This document shows positions 49,149 to 61,724 of a stretch of 64,000 nt of DNA, in pieces. Source of the DNA: Azolla caroliniana (lineage: Eukaryota; Plantae; Polypodiophyta); NCBI GenBank assembly GCA_043228905.1, contig JBHGNT010000002.1, positions 17,856,001 through 17,920,000 on the forward strand, written 5' to 3'. Made by a program: the position numbers and the translations under genes. The notes below the pieces were generated by a model that made no database searches, had not been told where the DNA came from, and was given only the letters and a program-made list of their open reading frames with translations. Within the stretch, counting starts at the first letter, position 1; each line of letters begins with the position of its first letter.

Positions 49149-52100
49149 TGTTGGGATTACGGTCCCTCCGGATGGGATGGTCGGATGTCCGGAGATGAAT
49201 GACGGCAAGCCCGGCTGCGGTTACGGAGCCGGATGATGAAGACCCCGGCTACGGAGCCGGATGATGAAGACCCCGGTTACGGAGCCGGATGCTGAAGACC
49301 CCGGTTACGGAGCCGGATGACGAATGTACCCGGAGAGAGATCCGGATGCGGGGACATATTTGTGAATATGTTTGCCAAGAGCCCTTGAGGCTATAGTTGT
49401 AAATAGCCCGAAAGTCATATGTGTATAAATATGACTTAGGGCAAACAGTTTATGTTGTTGCTCGTTTTTCATGCGAAGTGGTTGCAGCCGAGAGAGCGAG
49501 AGAGAGGGAGAGAGAGAGACGAAGAGGTCGTTGCCTCTGTGTATTACCGCCGCCTGTGGCGAAGACAGTGAGCTCAAGGTTGTTGCCTTGTAGCTTCACC
49601 AGTGTACATCCCTGTTCATAGTGATAGTTGGAGTTTGAGAACTCCCGTGGTTTTTCCCATTTAGGGTTTTCCACGTAAAATATCCAGTGTACCTTTCTCT
49701 CTGTTGTCTTCGTGTACATTTGTATTTCCTATTTTCTGCAAGTTGATCCTATTCCTCGGTTGTGGCCGAGCACCGTGTGCAACAAGTGGTATCAGAGCGA
49801 CGGTAACACAGAAAATGGAAGGCGGCGGTAGTGGGCCTCCGGGCATGATGGTGTTGAACTCACAGAACTACGCCGACTGGAAGATAAAGATGGAAGACCT
49901 TCTCATCGTCCGAGATCTGTACGAACCGATCGACAATGCCGAGATACCCAAGGGAGTAATAGAGTCGGAGTGGAAGCTCCTGAACCGGAAAGCCGTAGCG
50001 ACGATCCGGCAATATGTCGATGTAAGCGTCCTACAACATGTGGCGAACGACACCAACGCATATGAGATGTGGAAGAAGCTGTCGGGCCTCTACGAGAGGA
50101 AGAATGCGTTGAACCGGACCTCCCTGATGAGGAAGATAGTGAACCTCAAGTACCGGGACGGCGAGAATATGGTGGAACACGTGAGCACGTTCATGGGATT
50201 CGTGAACCAGCTTGCGGCGATCAAGTTCCCGTTGGAGGATGCAATGCAAGCCATCATTCTGATGTGTACATTGCCGGAAAGCTGGGAGAACTTGGTGGTG
50301 ACTCTCAGCACCTCCTGCACCGAAGATAACTTGTCTCTACAAACGGTAAAGACAAGCATTTTGAACGAAGAAGCGCGTCGGAGAGATAAAGAACCGGTTT
50401 CCAATCCGAAGATGCTGCTTACCGAATCGGATCGGGGAAGACAATGGAACCGGAGTCCGCAAAGACGGGAGAAGTCGGGGACCCGGTCGCAGTCAAGAGG
50501 AAGACCCACATGCTTCCACTGTGGGAAGCCGGGGCACTTCCGGAAGAATTGTCGGCATTACCGGAAAGACAACGGAGCCGACGACACCGATTCAAAGAAG
50601 TCACCGGAGCGAAACAGTGCATACCGGGGAGCCACGGACCGGAGAGGTCCGGATCGGCGAGGGCAGGACCGGAAAGGAACGACGGCACTCGCGGCAAGTG
50701 AAGAAGAGATAATGCTCATTACCGAAGAGAGGGAGCTGAACCTTGCCGGTGAAGAGATGACCTGGGTGGTCGATTCCGGAGCGTCGTTCCACCTGACCCC
50801 GGAGAAGAAATACTTCTCATCCTACACAGCCGGTGAGCACGGCTGTGTCCGGATGGGAAATGAAGGTACGTGCCGGATTGCCGGCATCGGAGACGTGTGG
50901 TTGACAACCCCGACCGGATGCAAAATGCTGCTGAAGGATGTGCGACACGTTCCGGAGGTCCGATTGAACCTGATCTCGGCCGGGAGGCTTGATGATGAAG
51001 GCTACACGGGTAGCATCCGGAACGGTGTCATGAAGTTCAGCAAGGGGAGCCTGATAGTGGCTCGGGCCCGGAAGGTCAACACACTGTACCTGATGAATTC
51101 CCGGCTATGTCCGGAGGAACTGAACGTGGCAGCCGACACTGCCGGTGAGCTGTGGCACAAGAGACTGTGCCACATGAGTGAGAAGGGGATGAAGAGGCTT
51201 GCAGAAGACAACCTTATCCCAGTGAAGCATGTGCACCTGGAGAAGTGCACCGATTGCCTGGCCGGTAAGCAGAACCGAACCTCCTTCCACTCAAGGCCAC
51301 CGACGAGACGTAGCGCACCATTGGAGTTGGTGCACACTGATGTGTGTCAGGTAGAAACGAAGTCACATGGCGGAGCCCAGTACTTCGTAACATTCATTGA
51401 TGATCACAGCCGGAAGCTGTGGACGGCACCGTTGAAGACAAAGGACCAAGTGTTGTGCGTCTTCAAAGAACTCCACGCGAAAGTGGAAAGGGAATCCGGC
51501 AAGAAGCTGAAAGCGATACGAGCGGATAACGGAGGGGAATACCGGGGGCAATTCGCGGAGTACTGTCGCTCGAAGGGAATCCGGCTCGAGTTTACTGTGC
51601 CGAAGACGCCGGAACTGAACGGGCTGGCCGAGAGGATGAACCGGACCATAATGGAGAGGGTCCGGAGTATGCTGGCGCATGCGGAATTACCCAAGGGGTT
51701 TTGGGCTGAGGCGATGTCAACGGCGACATACGTGATAAACAGATCACCCTCAGTACCTTTGGACGGAGACACGCCGCAGAAAGTGTGGACCGGTAAGGAA
51801 GTGTCCTACCGGCATCTGAAGGTGTTCGGGTGTCTCGCATACGTGCATGTGGCAAAGGACCGGAGAGGAAAGTTAGATCCAAAGACCCGGCCATGCATAT
51901 TCCTCGGTTACGGCGACGACGAGTTCGGCTACCGAGTATGGGACCCGGTCGACAAGAAGATATTCAGGAGTCGAGATATCATCTTCATGGAGGACAAGAC
52001 ACTCGCCGACTGGGAGTCGGAGAAGAAGATGAAGAGCTCCAAGTCGACCGGTGAGGATCAACTCTACGAAGAGCAGTCCCGACCGGCAAGGGACCGGTTA

Positions 52101-54534
52101 GCACTGGAGGATCCGGCCGAAGACGGTGAAGAAACAGAACCGGCCGAGGAAGATGAAACTGATACCGGAACCGGCCCCAATCCCGAAATGGATTCGGATG
52201 AAGAGGAAACGGAGCAGCCGGTTACCGAAGCTCCGGAACGGAGATATCCTCTAAGAGAGAGAAGGGCCCCCCGGAGATTTCCGGAACCAGAGCACGTGCT
52301 GCTAACCGACGAGGGGGAGCCGGAGAGCTTTGAAGAAGCAAAGCATGACACCCAGAGCCGCAGGTGGTTGAGTGCCATGCAGGACGAGATGGATTCCCTG
52401 CATGAGAACCACACATATGAACTTGTGGAGTTGCCGAAAGGAAAGCGGGCACTTCGAAACAAATGGGTGTTCAAGCTGAAACCGGGAGATGCCGGAAACC
52501 CCCCGAGATACAAAGCCAGGATCGTGGTGAAGGGGTTCCAGCAGAAGAAGGGCGTCGACTTCGACGAGATATTTGCCCCGGTAGTGAAGATGACCTCCAT
52601 CCGGACGGTGCTGAGCATAGCGGCAAGCATGGACCTCGAGGTAGAACAGATGGACGTGAAGACGGCATTCCTTCACGGTGACCTCGAAGAAGAGATCTAC
52701 ATGCAGCAACCGGAAGGATTCGAGAAGAAAGGGAAGGAGCACCTGGTATGCCGGTTGAAGAAGAGCCTTTACGGTCTGAAGCAGGCTCCCCGGCAATGGT
52801 ACCGGAAGTTCGACTCGTTCATGACAGACGAAGGGTACCACAAAACGCAGTTCGATCACTGCGTGTTTGTGAAGAAGTTCGAAGGAGGAGACTTTCTAAT
52901 ACTCCTCCTGTACGTGGACGACATGTTGATCGTCGGACGGGACCAGGGCAAGATACGGATGCTGAAGAAAGCACTTCACCAAACCTTCTCAATGAAGGAC
53001 CTGGGTCCGGCGAGGCAAATACTAGGGATGCACATCATCCGAGACCGGAAGAAGAAGCAGTTGTGGCTGTCACAGGAGAAGTACGTGACAAAGGTGCTTC
53101 ACCGGTTCAACATGTCGGAAGCAAGACCGGTCGGGTCAACACTCCCGGCAAACTGCAAGCTGTCCAGCAAGCAAAGCCCCAAGACAAAGGCTGAGAAGGA
53201 GGACATGATGAAAGTACCATATGCCTCTGCCGTCGGGAGCTTGATGTACGCAATGGTGTGTACCCGACCGGACATAGGATATGCAGTCGGAGTGGTGAGC
53301 CGGTACATGAGCAATCCCGGCAAAGAGCATTGGAACGCGGCCAAGTGGATACTCCGATACCTGAAGGGCACGACAAACGTGTGCCTCCGATTCGGCTCCG
53401 GTAAGCCCGAACTCGACGGCTTCACCGATTCGGATATGTCGGCTGATGCAGATACCAGCCGGTCCACATCAGGGTATGTGATGACGTATGCAGGGGGAGC
53501 TGTTTCATGGCAGTCGAGGCTGCAGAAGACGGTTGCGTTGTCAACCACGGAGGCGGAGTACATGGCGGCTGTTGAAGCCGGCAAGGAAATAATATGGATG
53601 AAGGACTTCATTAGAGAGCTCGGTATCCGGCAGAAGGAGTACCGACTCTACTGCGACAGTCAGAGTGCAATCCACCTTGCGAAGAACGCGGCCTATCACT
53701 CCCGGACGAAGCACATCCAGCGAAGATATCACTGGATCCGGGAAAGGATAGAAGACAAGGAGTTCGTGCTGACGAAGATCCACACGGACGAGAACGGGTC
53801 GGATATGCTGACCAAGGTGCTCACACCCGACAAGCTGGAAGCATGCCGGAAGAGGATCGGATTGGAGAGACATCCCATGCCGAAGTGAAGGGGGAGTTTG
53901 TTGGGATTACGGTCCCTCCGGATGGGATGGTCGGATGTCCGGAGATGAATGACGGCAAGCCCGGCTGCGGTTACGGAGCCGGATGATGAAGACCCCGGCT
54001 ACGGAGCCGGATGATGAAGACCCCGGTTACGGAGCCGGATGCTGAAGACCCCGGTTACGGAGCCGGATGACGAATGTACCCGGAGAGAGATCCGGATGCG
54101 GGGACATATTTGTGAATATGTTTGCCAAGAGCCCTTGAGGCTATAGTTGTAAATAGCCCGAAAGTCATATGTGTATAAATATGACTTAGGGCAAACAGTT
54201 TATGTTGTTGCTCGTTTTTCATGCGAAGTGGTTGCAGCCGAGAGAGCGAGAGAGAGGGAGAGAGAGAGACGAAGAGGTCGTTGCCTCTGTGTATTACCGC
54301 CGCCTGTGGCGAAGACAGTGAGCTCAAGGTTGTTGCCTTGTAGCTTCACCAGTGTACATCCCTGTTCATAGTGATAGTTGGAGTTTGAGAACTCCCGTGG
54401 TTTTTCCCATTTAGGGTTTTCCACGTAAAATATCCAGTGTACCTTTCTCTCTGTTGTCTTCGTGTACATTTGTATTTCCTATTTTCTGCAAGTTGATCCT
54501 ATTCCTCGGTTGTGGCCGAGCACCGTGTGCAACA
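49149..54534 (+). mobile_element. Intact Ty1/Copia retrotransposon D (Tnt1/Tto1-like)
   Basis: 636-bp LTRs at 49149-49784 and 53899-54534 with no difference seen, perfect TSD AGTTA, PBS TGGTATCAGAGC at 49787, PPT GAAGGGGGAG. Confidence 0.98.
49815..53888 (+). CDS. Copia Gag-Pol polyprotein (about 1357 aa), uninterrupted
   Basis: CFHCGKPGHFRKNC, WVVDSGAS, WHKRLCH/CTDC, integrase D-D-E, YVDD RT, TDSD and KHIQRRYHWIR RNase H. Confidence 0.97.
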   Translation: MEGGGSGPPGMMVLNSQNYADWKIKMEDLLIVRDLYEPIDNAEIPKGVIESEWKLLNRKAVATIRQYVDVSVLQHVANDTNAYEMWKKLSGLYERKNALNRTSLMRKIVNLKYRDGENMVEHVSTFMGFVNQLAAIKFPLEDAMQAIILMCTLPESWENLVVTLSTSCTEDNLSLQTVKTSILNEEARRRDKEPVSNPKMLLTESDRGRQWNRSPQRREKSGTRSQSRGRPTCFHCGKPGHFRKNCRHYRKDNGADDTDSKKSPERNSAYRGATDRRGPDRRGQDRKGTTALAASEEEIMLITEERELNLAGEEMTWVVDSGASFHLTPEKKYFSSYTAGEHGCVRMGNEGTCRIAGIGDVWLTTPTGCKMLLKDVRHVPEVRLNLISAGRLDDEGYTGSIRNGVMKFSKGSLIVARARKVNTLYLMNSRLCPEELNVAADTAGELWHKRLCHMSEKGMKRLAEDNLIPVKHVHLEKCTDCLAGKQNRTSFHSRPPTRRSAPLELVHTDVCQVETKSHGGAQYFVTFIDDHSRKLWTAPLKTKDQVLCVFKELHAKVERESGKKLKAIRADNGGEYRGQFAEYCRSKGIRLEFTVPKTPELNGLAERMNRTIMERVRSMLAHAELPKGFWAEAMSTATYVINRSPSVPLDGDTPQKVWTGKEVSYRHLKVFGCLAYVHVAKDRRGKLDPKTRPCIFLGYGDDEFGYRVWDPVDKKIFRSRDIIFMEDKTLADWESEKKMKSSKSTGEDQLYEEQSRPARDRLALEDPAEDGEETEPAEEDETDTGTGPNPEMDSDEEETEQPVTEAPERRYPLRERRAPRRFPEPEHVLLTDEGEPESFEEAKHDTQSRRWLSAMQDEMDSLHENHTYELVELPKGKRALRNKWVFKLKPGDAGNPPRYKARIVVKGFQQKKGVDFDEIFAPVVKMTSIRTVLSIAASMDLEVEQMDVKTAFLHGDLEEEIYMQQPEGFEKKGKEHLVCRLKKSLYGLKQAPRQWYRKFDSFMTDEGYHKTQFDHCVFVKKFEGGDFLILLLYVDDMLIVGRDQGKIRMLKKALHQTFSMKDLGPARQILGMHIIRDRKKKQLWLSQEKYVTKVLHRFNMSEARPVGSTLPANCKLSSKQSPKTKAEKEDMMKVPYASAVGSLMYAMVCTRPDIGYAVGVVSRYMSNPGKEHWNAAKWILRYLKGTTNVCLRFGSGKPELDGFTDSDMSADADTSRSTSGYVMTYAGGAVSWQSRLQKTVALSTTEAEYMAAVEAGKEIIWMKDFIRELGIRQKEYRLYCDSQSAIHLAKNAAYHSRTKHIQRRYHWIRERIEDKEFVLTKIHTDENGSDMLTKVLTPDKLEACRKRIGLERHPMPK

Positions 54535-55342
54535 AGTTACACGCGAAAGTCGAAAAGTGCATTCTCTTCAGTTACTTGGATAAACAGAAGGGTTATCCGG
54601 ACTGGTTGAGCCGACGAGTAATGAAGACTGAACCGTGCTCTCCCCATGCAAGGAACCGAGGAGATGGTTCACGCGCAAAGAGAAGGGGAAGAAGAAGATG
54701 TCGGAGTATGACACCATCAGAGTGGAGTTGGATTAGAGCGATTCCAACTCCGGCTCGACCAACATGGAACCTTCGAGGAAGAGGTCGAAGTCACCTGAGA
54801 AGGCCGCGAAATCGGCGAATCAAGAATTGCATTGATCCACCCGCCAGAAGAACCCCGTGAAGAGGTATGGGTATAATGAGTATCTGGAGCATCATTATCT
54901 GTACATGACGAAGGAGGTGGCAATGTGTGCGCCGGAGAGCTACGTAGAAGTGGCGAAGTACGCAAATTGGCGTGTCGCTATGGAGGAAGAAATGCACGCA
55001 CTCACAGAAAATGAGACGTGGGATTTAGTGGACGTATCGAAAGGAGTGAAGCTGATCGATTGTCGATCGTTATACGAGGTTAAATACAATACCGATGGCT
55101 CCGTCAACAGGTACAAGGCTTGGTTAGTGGCCAAGGGCTACACGCAACAACACGACATCGACTACGCTGAGACGTTCATGCCGGTTGCGAAGATGATGAC
55201 CGTCCATGTCCTGCTTGTGGTGGTAGTGGCGAAGGGGTGACATCTACATCAAATGGATATGAAAAATGCGTTCCGGCAAGGTGATCTTGAGGAACAAGTG
55301 TTTATGGTTCAACCCCCCGTATTTCAGTCTGGAGTGAACACA

Positions 55343-55435
55343 TGTCAGGAATAGTACTAAGACAAAGAGGGAATTAGTACTAGAGGTGAGGATCAATACT
55401 AAGAGGGAAAAAGGTGTAGAAATCTCGGGAGAAGG

Positions 55436-55496
<61 letters not shown>

Positions 55497-56149
55497 ATTA
55501 TCGTCTTCGAAGGTCAAATATGACCTATGAGACAAAATATTACATTTCACCTGATACGTGTGAAAGTGAGTAGTGACTCTCGATGTTGCAATCGAGAGTG
55601 CACATTGTGGTTGTGAGAGAAATTCGTCTAATGATTGAGCTTGGTCAAAGAGATGTGGAAAGCATGGTCGAATATGATCAAAGGAAGAGCATTGTATCAA
55701 AGTGTGATACTCAGACTCACAAACTTGTTTAGGGCAAAGTGTGCATAGCCGACCACTCTCATCACTTGTGCCCCAATGCCCTAACTCACATCGTAATGCA
55801 TGTGAGCTAAGTTGCATGGAAGCAATGGTTTGAATGGTAGATAACGGGATAGGCTCTAACATGTATCGATGTGTACGGTTTCCCCATTCCGCAAAGAATA
55901 TGGTGTTGTAGTTAGGTGCAACATGTGTAGTATAATGTGTGAAGCGTGAACCTCCACATTTGTCCCATGTCATGATACATTGGCGTTGCAAAAAGGTGTC
56001 ATTTATAGAGGAATCTAATGATGCATCATGAAGCAAGTGTCTCGCATCCCATCTACCAAACCATTTTTCTATATCTTGCATCCAACTGGAACATAAAATT
56101 TTGCTTTTATGCATCTTTTGGATCTTTTTGCTTGCTTCCCACACAATTC

Positions 56150-56184
<35 letters not shown>

Positions 56185-59100
56185 ATGTTAACAAACAATA
56201 TATTATGTTATATGAAGAGAATTATATACAAGAATATCTAGGAAGCTTAAGACTGGCGTTGAACCGAATTGGTTCTCAATAATGCCATGTGCCTCTTTTT
56301 ATAGTATGCTTAGGAGTACTCTTGATATTTCTAGAATGTTCCGGAGAAATCTAGAATATACATGGATTTCCTAAGCGAAATAATAAATGGAAATAATATT
56401 CTTCGTATTACAATGTATAACTTAATGGTAAGGCTTCAACCCATGTGACACAAGGTCATAGGTTCGAATAATTTTGAAGCCATACCATGCTATATCATGA
56501 CACTACCCCCCGCTTAAGACGACGAGTGTTACGAGTTGTCTTAGATGGAGGACCTAGCTTGTAGGGATATTGCCAATGGAAGTCCTCAATAAGAGCTCGA
56601 GCATTTACCACATTCTCGACTAGTTCCCAAGTACGCTCGCTTGGACTATAGCCTAGCCAATCGACCAAATAGTAGAGCTTGTTGCGAACAATCTTCGAAT
56701 CGAGGATGGCAACAACTTGGTACTCCAATCCGGCTTCAAACTCGATCGGGGGTGGAGGTGGTGTAATACGATTTAGGATAGTGTTGCCTTGATAGGGTTC
56801 GAGGAGAGAATTAGGAAAAACCGGATGTATCCATAGTTGCGGAGGTAGATCAAGACGAAAAGTGACATCATTATTTTTTCCAATAATACGGAAACGACCT
56901 AATCATCGATAATCCAATTTATAGCATGGTTGAGTAGTCTTGATATGTCGTCATAATAGCTATACCTGATTTTCAATGTCAAAACAGGATGGAAGCTGAT
57001 GACGATCCGCATAAGCCTTCTGTGTTTGTTGATCTTGATGTAAATGGGTACATAGATCTGCTTCGATCTTGTGTAGCCGCTCCAAATGATCCTTTGCACG
57101 AGGATTTGTGGGTAACTCCGGAGTTTTGAGCACACACCATCGAGGATGATAGCCTGTATAAGCATAAAATGGTGTAACCCTAGTCGATGAGTGGATAGAG
57201 TTATTGTAAGCAAATTCGGCAAAGTGGAGAATATCCGCCCAATCATCTTGTTGATAGCTTAGAAAACACCGAAAATGTTGTTCCAATGTTTGATTTACAA
57301 GTGACTTGTCCGACTGTTTGAGGGTGATATCCGGATGAGAGGTTACAAATGACCTTAAGCATTTTGAAGAGATGCTTCCAGAATTTCGAGATGAATTGTG
57401 GTCCATGGTTGCTAATGATACTATCCAAGAGGCCATGGTGCCAAAATACCTCACACATGACAACTTCAACGGTTTCTTCACTAATGATTGCCTTAGTACA
57501 AGGCAGGAAATGTGCCATCTTAGTATATCAATCTACTATTGTTAAGATCACATCGAATCCCTTTGAAACTGGAAGATCTGTGATAAAATCTAGACAAATG
57601 GACTACCACGGCTTGCTTGGAAGTGGTAATGGTTCCAATAAACCATATGGATGATGTCTTGGCATCTTTGCTCTGCAACATGTATCACATTTATGAACAT
57701 AGTCTTCACCATATCGTCGCATATCAGGCCACCAAAATGATCGTTGTACTAAATTCAACGTTTTAGTACTACCAAAATGTCCAATTGTATATGTGTCATG
57801 ACAATTTTGGACTACTCGAAGGCGACAAGAACTATTGGAAACATACAAGAGTTTCTTAAACAATAGTAATCCATCATGACATTTGAATTGTCAATAGTCC
57901 GTACCTGGTTGTTGTGACTGTGAACAGATTGCCCGCGAGGAATCAATTTGTGCTAAAATGGCTTGAGTGAAAGCATCTGTCTTCAAGTCTTCACGTATGG
58001 TATCCATAATATGGGAATCCAATGGAGTATCACAAACCCACGTTGCTTGTAGTCGTGTTGGTCCCAGGATGACTTGCTTTTGATTATCGAATGCTGGATC
58101 ACTGGGATGAGGTGCTAGATACGAGCACCGTGATAATGCATCTTCCTTCCCTTGCTACGTCCTAGGATGATATGTAATTTTGAAGTCGAAGCGAGTGAGG
58201 AATTGGCCCCACCGATCTTGTCGTTGATTTAATACATGAGCATTCTGGAAATAGGCAAGGTTTTTGTGATCACTAAATACGGTGATTTGATGAGAAGATC
58301 CCTCTAAAAAATGTCTTCATTGTGCAAAAGAGTCCACTATTGCTAATAGCTCATTGTCATGTATCTCGTAGTTGATTTCGGCGGCGTCAAACTTGCCCGA
58401 GTGGAAAGCCACAGGATGTAGTTTTTCATCATCGCCTTGTTGTGACAGAATGTTACCAAGGGCGAAATCTGATGTGTTTGCCTCCATGATGAATGGTTTT
58501 TTCGGATCAACATGAGCTAGAATAGGAGCTGATGTAAATGCTTTCTTAAGACTTAGAAAAGCCGTGTCCGCTTTCTTACACCAAACAAACGACTACCCCT
58601 TCTTGGTAAGTTGTATGAGAGGCAAAAAAAGCTTTGAGTAGTCATGTATAAACTTGTGGTAGAAATTTGCGAAGCCTAAAAAACATTACACATCTCGCAA
58701 TGAACAAGGATTCTGCCACTCTACCACTGTTTTGACCTTAGTTGGATCCATGGAGATGCCTTCCGAGAAGATGACATAGCTTAGAAATTCTACCTTCAAA
58801 ACTACATTTTTCCAGTTTTGCATAAAGACCATGTTCTCGAAGTCGTTTTAGTACTAATAATACATGAGAATCATGCTCTTCTTGAGTCTTCGAATACACT
58901 AGCAGATCATCCAAATAGATGATCAAACAAATATCCAAGAGATCTCGGAAAATATCATTTGGCATGTGCTGGAAGATGGTTGGCGCATTGGTGAGACCGA
59001 ATGGCATAACCGTATACTCAAAGTGCCCGTATCGGGTGTGAAAAACGGTCTTCCATTCATCTCCCGGTCGGATCCGTACGAGGTTATATGCGCCTCATAA

Positions 59101-61350
59101 GTCGATCTTTGTGAAGAATTTTGCACCATTAAGCCGTTCTAAAAGACTCGAGATAAGGGCAAGTGCATATCTATTCCTGATGATGACCTTATTTAAGCCA
59201 CGGTAATCTATGACGAGACGAATTGATCCATCCTTTTTCTTGACAAAGAAAATGGGTCTGCCGGCTGGAGATTTCGAATGTCGAATGAACCCGTTCACCA
59301 AATTCTCCTCTATGTAGGCTCGAAGGACTTCTAGCTCGGTTGGTGACAAGTTGTAGATCGGTCCCCATGGTGGCTCTTTTCATGGTTGTAAATCAATGGG
59401 AAAATCATATGGTCGATGGTGAGGAAGAGTATTGGCTTATAACTTATCAAATACGTCGGCATAATGATGGTACTTCTCTAGAAGTTGAACTATGGATTCC
59501 TCTTTAGTGGTGTTGGAAGGTCTTATTGATATTGTGAATACAAACATTGATTCCTTGCCTCCTTCTTCGCGCAGTTGATGTAGCGAAATGGTTGAAACCT
59601 TATGAGCAGCTTCTCAAGGTTGTTGATATCGGATTTCTCTTGTTCTCCAGTCTATGTATGGATTGTGTAACTCAAACCATGGTAACCCCAAAACAATGGG
59701 ATGTTCTGGACTACTAATTATATTGAATGATACTACACATGTCAAATTATGTAGGACAACACTAATTGGCTTTGACTCCTCTACGATTTTTCAGGAAGCA
59801 ATGGGGTGACCATCAATGACTACTACAAAGGCTGGGAAATGGAGTTTTCTTAGGGATATTTGATGAGCTTGGGCAAAATTCTTATCCATGAAGCAAGAAT
59901 TAGCTCTAGAAGTGCTAAGACATGTACTGGAGAGATGCTTTTAGTACTAATTGTTACTTGAGCTAGGACGACATTGCTAACTTGCTTAGAGGGAATGGAA
60001 CCATTAATGGGTTGCACAGATCTAGAGCTATCCAACCAAACGACTCCTATTTTGGCTGGACTTAATCGTTTAACTCTTTTTCTAGTTGACTAAGGATTTC
60101 AAATTTGTTTGAAAGGCTTGGGCTATTAGGACTATCAGACACGCCTAGAGAAATAGACTTAGGTTTAGTACTATTAGTACTAGCGGATATTTGATTTACC
60201 TGTCTTCTCGGCCAATGGGGATAGTTCACTACAATATGCCCCGGTCCACCGCAATAAAGACATAATCGATTTGCTTGGCGTCACTATTTTTCCTCTTCCG
60301 ATAATGGTTCGTGACGATGTGTGGTGTCGATTTCCATTGGAGTGGGAGTATTTGCTAGAGACACATTAAATGACTCACTTGGGAAAGGTTTTGCTACAAC
60401 TGAAGCGTAAGTGGGTACCAATCTTGTCCTCGACATTTGGAACTAATGTTCTGAACATCGTTCGAAAAGGTGGTTATCGCATAGTACTTCGTGACTGATT
60501 GCTTCTATCAATGACTTTGGTTCTTCGGGGAAGGTCAAGAGTAAGTCCTTGACATCATTACGTAGGCTACAACGAAATTGCTCCATTAATTCTTGGTCAT
60601 CCCAGGGAATTGCAGTGGCGAGAAGACGAAAATCTACAGCATAAGCCAAGGCCGGCCGATCACCTTGACGCAATCTTTGGATTTTGTTGATTGTCGTCCT
60701 AATGCTATTGGTATCCCCAAAATAGGCTTTAAACTCGCTAATAAACACTTCAAATTTATTTAACTAAGGAGAATTTTTTTCGAACAAGGGGGCGAACTAT
60801 GCCAAAGCCATGCCACTAAGTAGTGTGCCTACTAGTCCCACTCGATGTGGTGAGATCTCGAGAAGGATGCATTTGAATAACTAAACGTACCTAATTAAGA
60901 AATCCTCTTAACTGTGATCGGGTTCCGTCAAATTTAATAGGAAGACCGATCTTGGGTTCTTTGGGAGTCCCTTGAGTGCTCGATCCTTGTTGTTGTAATG
61001 ACACAATAGTCGCTTCAAGTTGTTGCACACGTAACGTCAGCTCCCCGTGTTGTTGTTGTTTTTCTAGAGCTACTTGTTGAGGATCCCCCAATAGACGTTG
61101 ATTTTCTTGTTCTAGTGCTACAAACTTTTCTTTTAAGCATCGGAGCTCCGAGAAAACGGATTGGTATTCTTGAGCACTAACCGTTGCCATTTAGTAAGAG
61201 GAGAAGAGGATTTAGTATGAAGGGAAAGGAGGAATAAGAGGATGACAAATTCGGTTCAAATTGTCAGGAATTATACTAACACAAAGAGGGAATTAGTACT
61301 AGAGATGAGGATCAGTACTAAGCGGGAAAATGTGTACAACTCTCGGGAGA

Positions 61351-61409
<59 letters not shown>

Positions 61410-61724
61410 ATGGTAACAAATGATATATTATGTTATATGAAGAGAATATACAAGAATAACTATGAGGCTTAAGATTGGCGTTGAACTGAATTGCTTCTCA
61501 ATAATGCCATGTGCCTCTTTTTATAGTATGCTTAGGAGTACTCTTGATATTTCTAGAATGTTCCAGAGAAATCTAGAATATACATGGATTTCCTAAGTGA
61601 AATAATAAATGGAAATAATATTCTTCATATTACAATGTATAGCTTAATGGTAAGGCTTTAACCCATGTGACACAAGGTCATGGGTTCAAATCCTTTTGAA
61701 GCCATACCATGCTATTTCATGACA
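55343..61724 (-). mobile_element. Full-length degenerate Tcn1-like chromovirus G2, related to G1
   Basis: LTRs at 61262-61724 and 55343-56502 (the latter split by a LINE), perfect TSD ACACA, gag from 61190, chromodomain ORF 56495-56728, many stops. Confidence 0.95.
55493..56150 (-). mobile_element. 5'-truncated RTE/RTEX-like LINE inserted in the (GA)n tract of the G2 3' LTR
   Basis: LSSHALRCE..RLCTLC..ESEYHTLIQC zinc finger. (GA)n on both sides; absent from the 5' LTR. Confidence 0.9.

Noticed and set aside
49868-53873. Numerous antisense and alternate-frame ORFs in Copia D
   Set aside because: Shadow ORFs expected in GC-rich coding DNA.
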